Shown piece after piece: positions 1 to 12,422 of a stretch of 64,000 nt of DNA. Every line of letters starts with the position of its first letter. Within the stretch, counting starts at the first letter, position 1. This stretch comes from Podarcis bocagei (lineage: Eukaryota), in the NCBI GenBank assembly GCA_964188305.1, contig OZ076885.1; one strand, given 5' to 3'. The notes under the pieces are model-generated. The model ran no database searches. It worked only from the letters and a program-made list of their open reading frames with translations, and was not told the origin of the DNA. Made by a program: the position numbers and the translations under genes.

Positions 1-404
1 GACCTCTTTTTGATATCCTATTCTATTTTTTAATGTTTATTTTGGTTTTTATAATATTAAATAAAGTAACTGCAAAATACAGCAATATAGAATTCCTATC
101 AATATAAATTACATGTTTCATTGGTTCAATTACATATCCTCTTCTATCTTTGGTAGCTAATTCAGTGAGAACATTTCTCTTACCTCTTCCACTAAATATA
201 TGCCAAAATATGTATTTATTTATTATACTTGGTTTTTTACAGACTGGTATTACATCTTTTTTGTAATGCTTATTCTTAAGATATCTGAGTATGACTCGTA
301 TACTCAGAAATTTGGATATATTTATGAGTTACTAATACAACTTGTAATGAATAGGGAATATGTGGGTAGACTAAAATACACAAGGACATTTCTTTTCCAT
401 GCAG

Positions 405-522
405 GTGTGGTGAAACAGTCACCAAACGGGAGCAGTTTAATGACCTTTCAATTGACTTTCCAAGAAGAAAAAAACTTCATCCATCTCGATCTATCCAAGA
501 TTCCTTGGACCTCTTTTTTAGG
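405..522 (+). CDS. USP37: USP37 exon (CGETVTKREQFNDLSIDFPRRKK...DSLDLFFR)
   Basis: gcag|...AGG|gtatgc. Confidence 0.9.
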
Positions 523-3500
523 GTATGCAATATACAAGGCTTTTTAATATCATTCAGCATCTCTTTCATTAACAGTCCCCCCCCCCCCATTTCACCATTG
601 AAGTGTCTGAATACTTCTTGCTATCCATTCTTTTCTTCATGCAAAGCTAAGGATGAATGCGTAGATTTGCATGGGTTCCCCCATCAGCTCTAAGTGAAGA
701 CTTATGTCCTTTGTAGGAATCACTGTTTGGTCAGGTGCTGTGCTGGCACTAGTTGAACAAGACTCCAAATATTACAGAAGCCCAAGCTTCTGCAGCAATA
801 CTCTGTTCTATATGTTATGATTTATTTAAATATTTATAGGCCACAGTTTTCATAAAAGTACAACATGGTAGTATATACCACATACAAAGTTGCAATAAGA
901 TCAGTAAAAACATTAATAAAAACTGCTAGGGTGAAAGAATTTTGCATTTTGAAGGCCTGTCTGAATAGCACTGTTTTCAGGAAACACCTAAAAGTAGGCT
1001 GGGATGATTCCTGACAAGTCTTTACTAGCAAGGAAATCCATAGGGCCTGCCACATTAAAATCTTGGTTCCTAGTAAAGGCCAACTGAATCACAGGGGCAT
1101 GGGGAGCCACCAGAAGTGCCCCATCAGAGGATCTCAGTGATCCAGGTAGAGCACGAGGAACTGGATGGTTTTTAAGTTACCTTGAATCTAAGTAATTTAG
1201 GCCTTTGTGAATTATGCACGGAGATGGGGAGTGGAATGAGAGAGAGAGAGAGTCAATGAAAATTGGTATATAAATCTACCCTTGACACTGGGTGGCCAAG
1301 TACAGGAGAATTTGCCCTTGGTTAGGAATATTAGAATCGTCTGTCCAGTTTTTGTGTTTGAATCTCAGATAAGCGACACTTCTCCAAGTATATTGTAGTA
1401 CTTTGGGCAATAGCGCAGAGAACACATAATGAGAAGAAATAACTTGATTCTACACCGCTCAGCTTTGACCCCACACATGGCAAAGCTACCTTTCCAACAC
1501 TAAGCTTATTTGTCCCACTATTATTCTAATTATTTACTGGATTTATATACCTCCCTATACCCGGGGGTCTCAGGGTGGTTCACAGAATAGCTAGTTGGAA
1601 CGTACAAGGCAACTTATGTAACCATTTAGAGACCAGTAGCAAAATTCGAACCAACAATATCTAACACATATGCTGATCAGACCTCAGCAGTATCCAATCA
1701 CATTAATGAAACCTATGCTGCACATTTACCTGGGAGTAAACCCCTTTCAAAGCAGAGCAACTGCTGAATGAAGATGCATGGGTTTGTACTGATTGATAGA
1801 ACAAAACACTTCTTTCAGTGCTGCCATACTGTTGGGTTTAGTCATATATCTGAGCTGATTATAGTTCCCATAAAGCTGGAGTCCACAGGGTAGCCTCTGC
1901 GCTAGACAGACACCAGCCTCCCGCAGAGCACTATAATCGATGTGAGCCATACAATTTATTTGCCAATTGCATTCTGAAATAGAAAGTGGGTCTCTGCACT
2001 TCTGAGATAGAAAGTTACGTGTTCCTAAAATAAAGTTTGATAGATTACAATCCTTTTATTGTATTCATTGTTTGTATTATGTCTCTCAGGCAGAGGAGAT
2101 AGAATATTCTTGCGAGAAATGCAATGGAAAATCTGCTCTTGTTACACACAAATTCAGTCGGTTGCCCAGGTAGGTATATGGGCTTGGTACAAAACTGTAT
2201 GAAAATACTAGTAACTTTCAGGATATATAGATGAACAAAATGAATGATGTGTAAAAGTTTAATATTGGTTTAAAAGTGGCTGCCTTCCTCAACTGTAAAT
2301 GTAGAACAAAATAATGTTAGCCCTGAAAATAGGAGTTCAGTAGATGGCCTTGAGGATGCTTTATAGCATCGCTGTTTGACAGAAGGGACTTGCAGCTGCA
2401 GAATTCTCATTCTAACAAAAATTGTGGCATACTTTGATGCTAGATGAAAAACTATATATTCTCATGACCTTTCCCACCCACACAGTTTTACTATGTATTG
2501 ATAGCAAGCTGGGGAAAGAGCACCAGGTCTCTGTGTTGTGGGAGAAGTATTCTGTCTGGGAATGAACAGCTCCTTTGCATCTTTGATAAAAAGACATTTA
2601 TGAAGTTTCCAACTGTTTTTGTGTCTTGAAGGGTCTTGATTCTTCACCTGAAAAGGTACAGCTTCAATGTGGCACACTCCCTCAATCACAAAGTTGGACA
2701 GCAAGTGGTTATACCAAGATTTTTAACCCTGCAGTCACACTGTACAGAAAGCACAAGGTCCCCACTTAATCTGGGGTGGAGTGCACAGTCAGCAATGTAA
2801 GCTCTTCCTTTTATTCCTCCTTTACCTACAAGCCTACAAACATCTTTGAAATACTTCATGATAGATACTTTTCTTTAGGAAAAGGTTGTGATCATTTCCT
2901 TTTTCTATTGCGTTTAACCAACTTGATCTTAGAGGTTTGACTCAGTTGTCCTGTTCTGCAGGTCGTTCTTGCTGGTCTATGACTTCCAGGGCATAACAAG
3001 GAACCTGAATAAAGTTAATTGAGGGTGCTAGTGGGGGATTGCTCAAGAATGAGGATAACTATAAAGTGTAGATTTGGAAAAATTAGTTAGACAGGAACAG
3101 GCTTCAGCAGTGCCCATTGCAAAAAGTGTAAAGGGATAAGGTATTTTAACATATATTTTGTAGCATTGTATTGTTAATCCAATGCAAAAGTCTCTTGTCA
3201 CATTTCTTTAAAGATATAGACTAGAGTTTGGGGTCACCATCAAAATGGTCATGCATAGTAGGCTTTCAAATGTCATACCATAAACATCTGCTTTTGTTTT
3301 AATTAGCTCTCGACCACTGAAAGTATCCCAAATGGTGAATTCCTGTTCCGCCAGCATTTTCACGCCCTATCGGTAAGTAACAGGTTTACATGGCTATGGA
3401 ACCTGCAGTGAATAAGTATACAAAAACAACCCTGATTCCCCTTACTTTTTTATTGTACATCCCTGCTTTTATAATCAGATTAATTCAGTGTGGGGATTAG

Positions 3501-6500
3501 CAAGCAGGCTGAAGCATGTTGGACATTTGGTAGCTGTATTTTCTCCACTTGGTTAAATTGTAGATAAAAGTAATATTTTACTGCTGTAGCTGTTTCAAGC
3601 TAAGACCCTGTCTGAAACAATCCCAGTCTGACAAATTGTTTCTCCTCTCTGTGGGAATGAGCCATGTTCCTGTGTGATCCATTTTCCCTCCCAAATGCAC
3701 CTGGCTTCAGCAAAACATTTTGGTTTCTTAATGCACAGCTTTTCAAGCCGACTGACCCAGCTCATTTCATATTCATAATGACAAGTGAAAAGGATGTGTC
3801 GTGTATTTTATATGGATTACACTGAAATAGTAAATTTTAGCATGAAGCATTCTATGAGCAGATCCACACCGTACACTTAAAGCATATTTACAGCGCATGG
3901 CTTCCCCCAACAATCCTGGGAACTGTAGTTTATTCAGGGTGCTTGGACTTTTAGCTCTGTTTGTGAGGGAGGAATTACAGTGGATTCTTTGGGGAAGTTC
4001 ATGTCCTTTACACGTATGATGTGGATTTGCCCTTTGTATATTATATCTGAACCAGTTAAAAATTGCTGAGCTGGTTACCAAACCATATTTTTTAAAAGTT
4101 GTTGAGTGACCACCATCAACCATCAGTGACTTGGAAAATGCCATTGAACCAGACGGAAGTTTGTAATCTTGGTGCTCAAGAGCTGCAGGAATACTAATCC
4201 TTCCCTTGTGCAGAACATTCTAAATGTGGATTAAGAAATTTTTAATATCTTATTGTTAAGAGTCAATGTTAACTGAACTGTAGAATTGCAGTAGGTTGAT
4301 GGATTTATTTGAATTTGTGTATTAAAATTGTATGGCTGTTATGTGAAACCTTTTTTAACCTGATGTTATTTGTCCCTGGCAGACTTTTTCAAAGGTAAGG
4401 AATAAAGGTTCTGTGTTTACTTTTCAGAAAGTACTCGTTCAAGTTTAAATGTCCTAATCTAAGCACCCTGGATTCAGACAGTGAAGATGAACCGCTGAAA
4501 CGTCCCATTGCAAACAGCCAAAAACAATGTGATTTCCAAAGCAGGGAACAGCAACGAGAAGAACTAGAGAAAGTAAGGAGAGGGTTAGGGGCAGGAGAAG
4601 CAAACATGCTCTGTTACCTGTCTTCCCCAATCTAGTGCTGTTCATATACTTTGGGCCACAACTTCCATCAGCCCCAGCCAGTATAGCCTAGTCGGGGGAG
4701 CTAGAAGTTGGAATACAAAACAACTAGAGGACATCAGGTTGAGGAAAGCTGCTTTATTGCCCATATGCAAAGCTGATGATTGAGAAGACAGGAATAGGGA
4801 AAAGTGCACTCTCGCTCCTCCTGTCTTATCTGCCTGTCTCTGTGTGGGTGTGCACAACTGTGAAAAGCTATGGCCGGTGCCAGCCCAGTTGGGAGCAAGT
4901 GGCACTAAAGCCTGAAGAGGAATGAGCAATCCAGGTCCATAAAACATGGTTCACATTGCCAGACATCTCATTGCTGGTACCTTCTGGCTCTTTTACACAT
5001 TCTTTTCATCTTGAGCTGCTTTGTGTGGAGAGATTTTCAAACATTTGAAGTGGCTCATGGACTGGTGTAAATACTAGATTAGTTCCAAATAGCCATAAGA
5101 TGTTGTGGACATGCACTGAAAAGATACACTGCAGTGTATGCAGCAATGCATCAGGTGGTAACAAATGGAGAAGCCCTTCTCAGGGCATAACTGTGCCTCT
5201 TGAGTCCTGAAAACCCGACACTTGTAGATCTGGTGATCAGAGACAGCTTTGGCCCTCAAGAAAATGTCGCACTAGTTTTGTGAGTGGTTAGCTCAGCCTC
5301 TGTGGTAGCCATACATACCCAAACCATTGTGCCTTTATCACCTGCAGGGTTCAAAGAAAATCAAAACAGAGAGTGATAAGGCTTCAGAGCCAACAAATGC
5401 TGGCTTTGATGGAATGAGTGAGGAGGAACTTCTAGCAGCAGTCCTGGAAATCAGTAAGAGGGAAACATCACTGTCTCTGAGCCATGATGAAGACAAGCCC
5501 ACAAATAGTCCAGACACTGGCTTTGGAGATGATGAGCTGCAGGAATTGCCAGATCATATGGAACCTATGGATGTGGAGAAGCCTAAAGCCCTTGCAGAGC
5601 CAGGTAAAAGTAACATTTCAAACAGTTTTTCAAAAGTAATATATCATTTTCTACATTTCAAAAACATTTTACAAACTTTAAAATATCCAATGACTTCCCT
5701 TCTTCTCCTTCCATGGTTCATATTATATATAATACTTTCCTGCATATTTTACTATAACCATTCAAATCAATTTTCCACTTTTACATTGATCAAATGCTGT
5801 TTGTTGAATTTATCTTCATGCTGCCAGCGTTTTCAGCTGTGTACAATTATTTTCCATATATTCAATAAACATTTTCCACTCTTCTTTAAATAAAATCCTT
5901 TATTATTTTATTCACATAATATACATTCTTTATAGCAAACAACTCCAAAATAAGCAGACAACCTTTCTAAAACTTTTTTAAACTGCTCATCCATGTTTTT
6001 GACCAACCTTTTGGTTTTGTCTGAATTTATTTTAAAACCTGCCACTTCTCCAAACCTTTTAATTTCTTCCAGCAGTTTGGGAATGCTCTCCAATGGTTGT
6101 TTCAATGTTAACACCACATCATCAGCAAATGCCCTTAATTTATAGACTCTACATCCCACTTCAATATCTTTCATTTCTCCTTGTATTCTGAAGCAATATT
6201 TCTAACATCAAGAAAAATAACAACGGAGATAGGGGACAACTTTCTCTGGTTCTTTTCCTTACTTGACGTTTGTCTGAGAGAATATTATTTACTAATACGA
6301 TGAGAGTTACCTGTAGCTCCATAAATCTATTCTCTTGGTTTTCCCAACACTCTGGAGCAGATTTGGGGAGGGCACAGGGAGAGGAAATAGAAGGTTTTTT
6401 TATGCAAACACAAATCCTTGCACTAACAGAACCATTTTGGATACTGTCCTATGTTGATCCTTTCACATGTAAAAATATGGCTACCCATTTTAAGTTCTAC

Positions 6501-9500
6501 TTTTATTATAAAAATAAGCATAGGTTACTTAACTGTGATGGCTTATAATTGGAAATGGAAAAGAAGACACAAAAAAGACAACCCATGTGGAGAATCATGC
6601 AAAAATTGCCTTCTATTTCTCTTCATTCTTAGAAACTTAATGTAAAAATAAAAAATGGGAATACCAAATTAAATCAGAAGTCCAGAAAGGCAAAGTTTAG
6701 GGCGAGCTTGGTTTCTCATGCTGCGTACTTCAGGCACATAAGTGCAAATAATCTTTGCTCAGTGTGATTTTTTTTAAAGGTGTGCAATAAAATACTTAAT
6801 ACTACTCATTTTTAAAGGCTTGATCAAGTGGGGAAATGTTCTTCACTTCAGAAAACACTCCCCCCCCCCCCGCTTGATAGAATTCATCCTGAAATACCAG
6901 TAGATGTCACTCTGCTCCTGAGACTTGGGTAGAATGAAAAGGACTTAGCTAGTGACCACCAAGAAAAGTTCCCCCTGCAACTGCTGCTAAAAACAAAATT
7001 AAAGCATCAATGTGGTATTTTTGTTTCCATAGGTTTTGCCAACTTCCCTGAGATAACTAAAGATTTTGATGAGAATAAGGAAAACAAAACTCCGGAAGGC
7101 ACTCAAGGGGAGGTTGATTGGCTGCAACAGTATGACATGGAGCGAGAAAGAGAGGAACAGGAGCTACAGCAGGCTTTGGCTCAGAGCCTCCAAGAACAAG
7201 TAAGAGCCAATGCTCTTTCACAAGCACTTGGAAATCAAAGCAGCCAACCAGAGATTCCTTCTCTGGTGATAGGAAATCACAGGGCACAGTTAGTGTCTCC
7301 TTTAAGAAGACGTATAAGAGGGGTTATTTTAGCCTGCTCCATAACATGGTACAAGATACCTTTGTTTACTAATCTTTGGCGGGGAGTGGGGAGCATTGAA
7401 GAGCTTTTGTAAAGTTGGATTTGAAAGCTTTCATGAATACTTTCAAACTGATGAGCTGAATAGGCATAGTAGTGTTTAGGGAAGCTTTTAATGTTTGATG
7501 CATTACTGTATTTTAATATTTTGTTGGAAGCTGCCCATAGTGGCTGGGGAAGCACAGCCAGATGGGCGGGGTATAAATAATAAACTATTATTATTATAGT
7601 CATTGGGAATTATTGGGAATTGTGAGGGGAAATACTCTAAAAATAAAAGGGTTTGTCTTATAACTGCCCTGATTGAAGTAAGTGAGAGGGCTTTTGGGGA
7701 ATACAGAGCCACCTACCAATGAAATCTGTTTTTTGTTAAGCTGCAAGCACTGATGCTCTTAGAATTCTTCTTAAATGCAGCAGATTTTTCCATTCTTCAT
7801 TAATGGCTTGTGTCCTCATTTAGCTTTAGGCAGAGAGTAGCATACGTTTTGCTACATTGCGGGAAATTTTGTTCAGAACTATTGTGCTTTGCAAGCAGTT
7901 CACATTCATTTCAAGACTTTTCAAAAGAAAAGCTGTAGAGAGCTTGTGGTGGCACTTGGGGACTTGCTGTGTTGCATACCAAACTGGAGCAACTTGAACA
8001 ACCTTTTAATTAAGGCTGGCCCTGTGGAACATTTGGGCTCTGGCTGGTCTCAAACGTGCCTGCACAGGGAATTAGGTTTGTTGTAGAACTAGAGTTGCAT
8101 AGTTCTCAGTGGCACTAACAGAGAACCTATAAAAAGAACAGGAAGTGTCTCAGTGAACTAAGTTTGGTTCTCTACCCCAGCAGGAGGCGCGGGAACAAAA
8201 AGAAGATGATGACCTTAAACGAGCCACTGAATTGAGTCTGCAAGGTGAGATGTACAGGAGAAAATAGGGATGAGTTTTCATATCATTCCACAATTGCTCA
8301 CAGTACTTGAAAGGAAGCTGGTATTTTGTTCTTTGCCTCATTTGTATTACTTTGTGCTCTAGTCCTTCCAGTTTAGGTTCAATATAAAAGCACATTCAGC
8401 TGGTAAACTCTGAAACACAACATGCAGATCAGTGGAATTGTTTTATTATTCTTTCTTTTTTTCTTCCCTTGAAATTCCTCATTTTCTGTCAGAGAATCCT
8501 CATTAAGTTCATATTCCAGTTTCATTTTCTGCAAATTTTTGGCAGCAACTCTGCTTAAAAGCCTTTGTAAAAAGTAAATGGTTTAAGCTCTCCCCCAAGT
8601 GAGTTTTCTTTGCCTTCCAATGAATACAACGGGGGGAAATGTGTTTGTTTGGTAGACAGTTACAGGACATAAAGGAATTGACTGCATGAAAGCACAGATA
8701 GTTAAGAGATGCAAAGTACTGGTTTTCTACTGAAGGCTTTTGCTACTAGAGAGAGGTAGATACAATGCTGGTAGGATTTGTGGGCGTAGCAGAATGCTCT
8801 ATAGGCAATCATAGCTTGTTTTCTGTGGTTCCTTCTCCCTTTCAGTTTGTTCTGCTGACCAACTGTACTGTGCCTTGTATGTAGGCTGATCTGTGATCCA
8901 CCAATCCTGACCTGTCTTACCGAGTCAGTGGTAAAAATGTGAATGTCAAATTTCCAAATCTGTAAAACTTAACAACATGGGGTTTAATCCTGGTTTAGGT
9001 GATCTACAGCAAAAGCTATGACAAGTGGCATAACTTTCATATGCAAGTAATTAACTCAAAGCAGAACTTTTTTATTTAGCAGTAAGCAGAGTTGGCTTCA
9101 GAGTATTATTATTGCGATGGTGGTGGTGGTGGTGATAGTTCTGTGAAAACTAAAACAGAAATGTTACAGAACCTCAAAGCTTAAAATTTCCCGCTACTTA
9201 GAAAAAGTTGCATGTATTTTGCTCAGTCCAGCAACTATTAAATTTCTATATTTTGATCACTTCTTGCCATGAGCGAAGAGGCAAGATGCTAACACACTAG
9301 TTGCATTCCACCTTTTAACTGGAGCAGCAACATTTGAGAGCGGTACCTCAATGAAGCCTTAAAAGGATGTTTCCTTGCATAAAATTGAAAATACAGAAAC
9401 TATTTGCTGTGTGTATATAGAATATTTACTTGATGCCCATTATTACAGTACTTTATTTAGCAAAGGAGAGGGAAATATTTTGGATAAATGGTGTGCTGGT

Positions 9501-12422
9501 ATATTGTCAGTTTTGTGATATGCTTATGATCAAGGGTCTTACACAGTATCATTTTCGTGGTGTTTAGAGTTTAACAGCTCTCTTCTGGACAGCCTTGGCT
9601 CTGATGAGGACTCTGGGAATGAGGATGTTCTGGACATGGAGTACTCAGAAGCAGAAGCTGAGGAATTGAAAAGAAATGCTGAGGTGATGGTCTGGGCTAT
9701 TGGGACTAGCTCCCATTTTATTACTATACGTGGAGTAAAAACATATATAAATGCTTACGGGGAGCTTTTCTGTTTTGATGGTTCAGGTTGTTTGGTATGA
9801 TATCCTTAGCTATCTTTGAGACTGTTTGTAAAGTTCTCTCAGTGGGTGGTGTTTGAGACTTGGGTTTAAATGCCTGCCTCATCATTTGGATGAGTTACTC
9901 TTCCTCTTGGAGATGAGGGTGGAGAAATAGTGATTTCCCTTTAGGGAGAAGGATGGAGTGGGGGAAATGCACATCTTGATTTGTTGGCTAAGCAGGGGTG
10001 GGGGGACTTGTGGCCTTGTATAGATTGTTGAACCCCAGTTCCTATCAGCTCTAGCCAGCATGACCAGTGGTCAGAAACTAAGGGAGCTGTAGTGTAGCAA
10101 TGTCTGGAGGACCACAGGCTCTGCATCCCTGGGTTAATTAAGCTGGTATTTCATGCAGCACAGTAATTACATTATTGGTAAGATAAGTTTCTTAATTGTG
10201 AAGTAATCATACAAGCACCTGTTTAGTATTATGTTGAAGTTTTGTTTTGTTTGTTTGCTGTATAAATTGAAAAGGTTATTTTTATACTCAAAGGAAAAGG
10301 TTTTACAAGCCCTTCAACCTGCATTCCTAAAACCCAATTTTTAACATAGTGAAGTGTGACAGTAACTAGCCTTCCCTTTTAGAGAATGCAGGCAAACAAT
10401 TATTTTTCCACTGTTCCTTCATACATCTTGAATATGGTTGTAGAGATGTTTGAGACAGTCTTCTTCCTCACAATTTTCTGGCTATTGTGCCTGTTGTATT
10501 CTGTTGATGTTTCAGAATAGTTTCTTTGTGCTGTCTCTCTCCCTGCTGGTTTACACATGCCCTCTAGGAAATCTTCCTGTTAGTGCATTGTAGGCTGACC
10601 CAGTAAGGTCAGAGTTTCCGTACTGAGCCTTTTGGAGCTCTGCATTGGCACATTGACGGCATTCCAGTTTCTGGGGTTTTAACAATGATGGAAGCTAGTT
10701 TAAAAATGAGAGGAAGTTAAGGCTGTATGTTCTCTGCTCCTGAGTTACCCGTAAGCTTTGACCTGAGCAAATTAGCAATATCTCAAAAGGTTTACTCCAG
10801 TGTTTGGTGCCATAAAGATTTTATGGTAGTTAACCATAATCTACCTACCTTTCTCAGTCTGGTAGAAGAGCAAACTTAAACTAATAATTGACTTTTTCCT
10901 CAGACAGGAGAGCTGCCCAACTCCTATCGACTCATTAGTGTTGTCAGCCATATTGGAGACACTTCCTCCTCAGGTAAGGCAAACATCACTTCCTTGATAG
11001 CTCTGCTCTCTACAGGAAAAATGTGTCTCTTGTGTTTTTTTCAGCAACCAAAACCACAAAGGAAAAAGAAGACGATTGTTAATATTTCATTTTGTGTGCT
11101 TGGGGAAAAAAATCAGTTTTCCCAAAACCAACAGGGTTGTTGCCTAAATTCAGCAATTGAGTTAAGCTCACTGAAGCCCATAGAAATAATTATCCAAGAG
11201 AAACCAGCTATTTTAAGTGGAATTCATCTTGCTAATTTAAATCAATCATTTTCAAAATAGCAAAATGCAGTTTGTACTAGGGAGTGTTATTGTCTTTCAG
11301 TTTATTAATTAATAAACAAATTGGCTTGAAAATACTTCTGACACTTAATGTAGTCTGGAAGCTACAGTCTATGGTGTTCTAATATTTTCTTTCTCTTTCT
11401 CCCCCATCATATTGAAGGTCACTATATTAGTGATGTGTATGACATTCGCAAGCAAGTATGGTTCACATACAATGACTTGGAAGTATCCAGAACTCAAGAA
11501 GCCTCTGTGCAGAGTGACAGAGACCGGAGTGGCTACATCTTCTTTTATATGCACAAGTAAATGCACTTTATGTGTCCTCCCCAAATGGTCCAATCCTTTT
11601 TTATTTGCATTTGCATTCTCTAAAATGGGCTCATGTGTTTCTAATTCCTGTTTTCCTAGTTGCTAGTTATAGTATGGTCCTGAATAGCTTATAAGAATTA
11701 TTGGAACCTGTTTTATAGTCCCTTGACTGGGAAGGTGCAAAATAGCGAGGCTGTAACTCCGGAACCTGAGCAGATTCTCTTGCATGCATTTTGCCTGTCT
11801 TTTTCACCCTCTACATCAGGGGTGGGGAATCTCCAGTCGACAGGCCAATCTTGACCTGCCAGGAGGCCCAGTTTTTTCCTTGAGGCTATCCCCACTTATC
11901 AGCCAACTGATAACACTGTGTGATGGCAGCTGATGGATTGGGTGGAACAGGGTTCAATCCTACTGGATACTGCTTCACCAGCACATTCCCTGTAGTCCCC
12001 TGCAGAGAATATGATTGACCCTACACTCAGCAGCTGGTGAGCAGAGAGTTCAGTCCTGCTAGGTGCTGCTTTGCTTGCAGGTTTCTTGTGGGAAAAGCAG
12101 ACCTAACCCTGGCTGGCCAGCTTTGACTAGTAAATGGGACCTCTCACCTATCACTCATCTAATGTCATCATGAAGTCAGCTGGTTGACAGGTGAGTGGCC
12201 CCACCTGTGGGGTACAGGAAGATAAACATCTGGCTCACTAGGCCCAGAAGGTTTCCTACCCCTGCTCTACAGCTTTGCTTCCCCATTAAAAGCTTTCCTT
12301 CTTCTTTGACATGAACCTCTTTTGTGTTTCCCAGGGAGATATTTGATGAGTTGCTAGAAACGGAAAAGAATATGCAGCTGCCTTGCACGGAGGTGGGGAA
12401 GCCAGTTCGGCAGCCCATTTGA
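405..12422 (+). CDS. USP37: Ubiquitin carboxyl-terminal hydrolase 37, 3' part (12 coding exons; 5' part lies upstream of the window)
   Basis: GT-AG exons 405-522, 2090-2169, 2632-2796, 3307-3372, 4428-4572, 5348-5603, 7033-7199, 8184-8244, 9568-9683, 10904-10973, 11418-11556, 12335-12422 join in frame: CGETVTKREQFNDLSID...LPRVLILHLKRYSF...UIMs (EEELLAAVLEIS, EEQELQQALAQS, DDDLKRATELS)...His box SHIGDTSSSGHY...WFTYND...GYIFFYMHK, stop TGA 12420-12422; synteny with VIL1. Confidence 0.96.
830..1200 (-). mobile_element. Old L2-like 3' fragment
   Basis: Minus translation TFRCFLKTVLFRQAF resembles the L2 ORF2 end TFRRHLKAALFREVF. Confidence 0.5.
2090..2169 (+). CDS. USP37: USP37 exon (AEEIEYSCEKCNGKSALVTHKFSRLP)
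   Basis: ctcag|...AG|gtaggt. Confidence 0.9.
2632..2796 (+). CDS. USP37: USP37 exon (VLILHLKRYSFNV...WSAQSA)
   Basis: gaag|...AT|gtaagc. Confidence 0.9.
3307..3372 (+). CDS. USP37: USP37 exon (SRPLKVSQMVNSCSASIFTPY)
   Basis: ttag|...CG|gtaagt. Confidence 0.88.
4428..4572 (+). CDS. USP37: USP37 exon (KYSFK...LDSDSEDEPLKR...EELEK)
   Basis: ttttcag|...AAA|gtaagg. Confidence 0.88.
5348..5603 (+). CDS. USP37: USP37 exon with first UIM (MSEEELLAAVLEISKR)
   Basis: ctgcag|...G|gtaaaa; inside ORF 5327..5893. Confidence 0.92.
5610..6255 (-). mobile_element. Degenerate L1/Tx1-type LINE fragment
   Basis: ORF 5908..6174 has LRAFADDVVL and VAGFKINSDKT; a GCPLSP-like remnant lies near 6220-6250; boundaries approximate. 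Confidence 0.7.
7033..7199 (+). CDS. USP37: USP37 exon with KEN box (DENKENKTP) and second UIM
   Basis: catag|...CAA|gtaaga. Confidence 0.92.
7473..7597 (+). mobile_element. Short 3'-end copy of the same L2 family in a USP37 intron
   Basis: Closely matches 43637-43770 (AGGGAAG..GCCCA.AGTGGCTGGGGA..CAGCCAGATGGGCGGGGTATAAATAATAAA, then TTA repeats). Confidence 0.85.
8184..8244 (+). CDS. USP37: USP37 exon with third UIM (EAREQKEDDDLKRATELSLQ)
   Basis: cagcag| tandem acceptor ...G|gtgaga. Confidence 0.9.
9568..9683 (+). CDS. USP37: USP37 exon (FNSSLLDSLGSDEDSGNEDV...KRNAE)
   Basis: tttag|...GAG|gtgatg. Confidence 0.9.
10904..10973 (+). CDS. USP37: USP37 exon (TGELPNSYRLISVVSHIGDTSSS)
   Basis: ctcag|...G|gtaagg. 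Confidence 0.92.
11418..11556 (+). CDS. USP37: USP37 exon with catalytic His/Asn-Asp region (GHYISDVYD...WFTYND...GYIFFYMH)
   Basis: gaag|...AA|gtaaat. Confidence 0.92.
12335..12422 (+). CDS. USP37: USP37 last coding exon (EIFDELLETEKN...VRQPI*)
   Basis: cccag| acceptor, TGA stop. Confidence 0.9.

Noticed and set aside
5604-5893. Hydrophobic C-terminal extension of ORF 5327..5893 as a membrane-anchored USP37 isoform
   Set aside because: Read-through past a good donor into an antisense L1 relic; T-rich sequence gives hydrophobic codons by chance.
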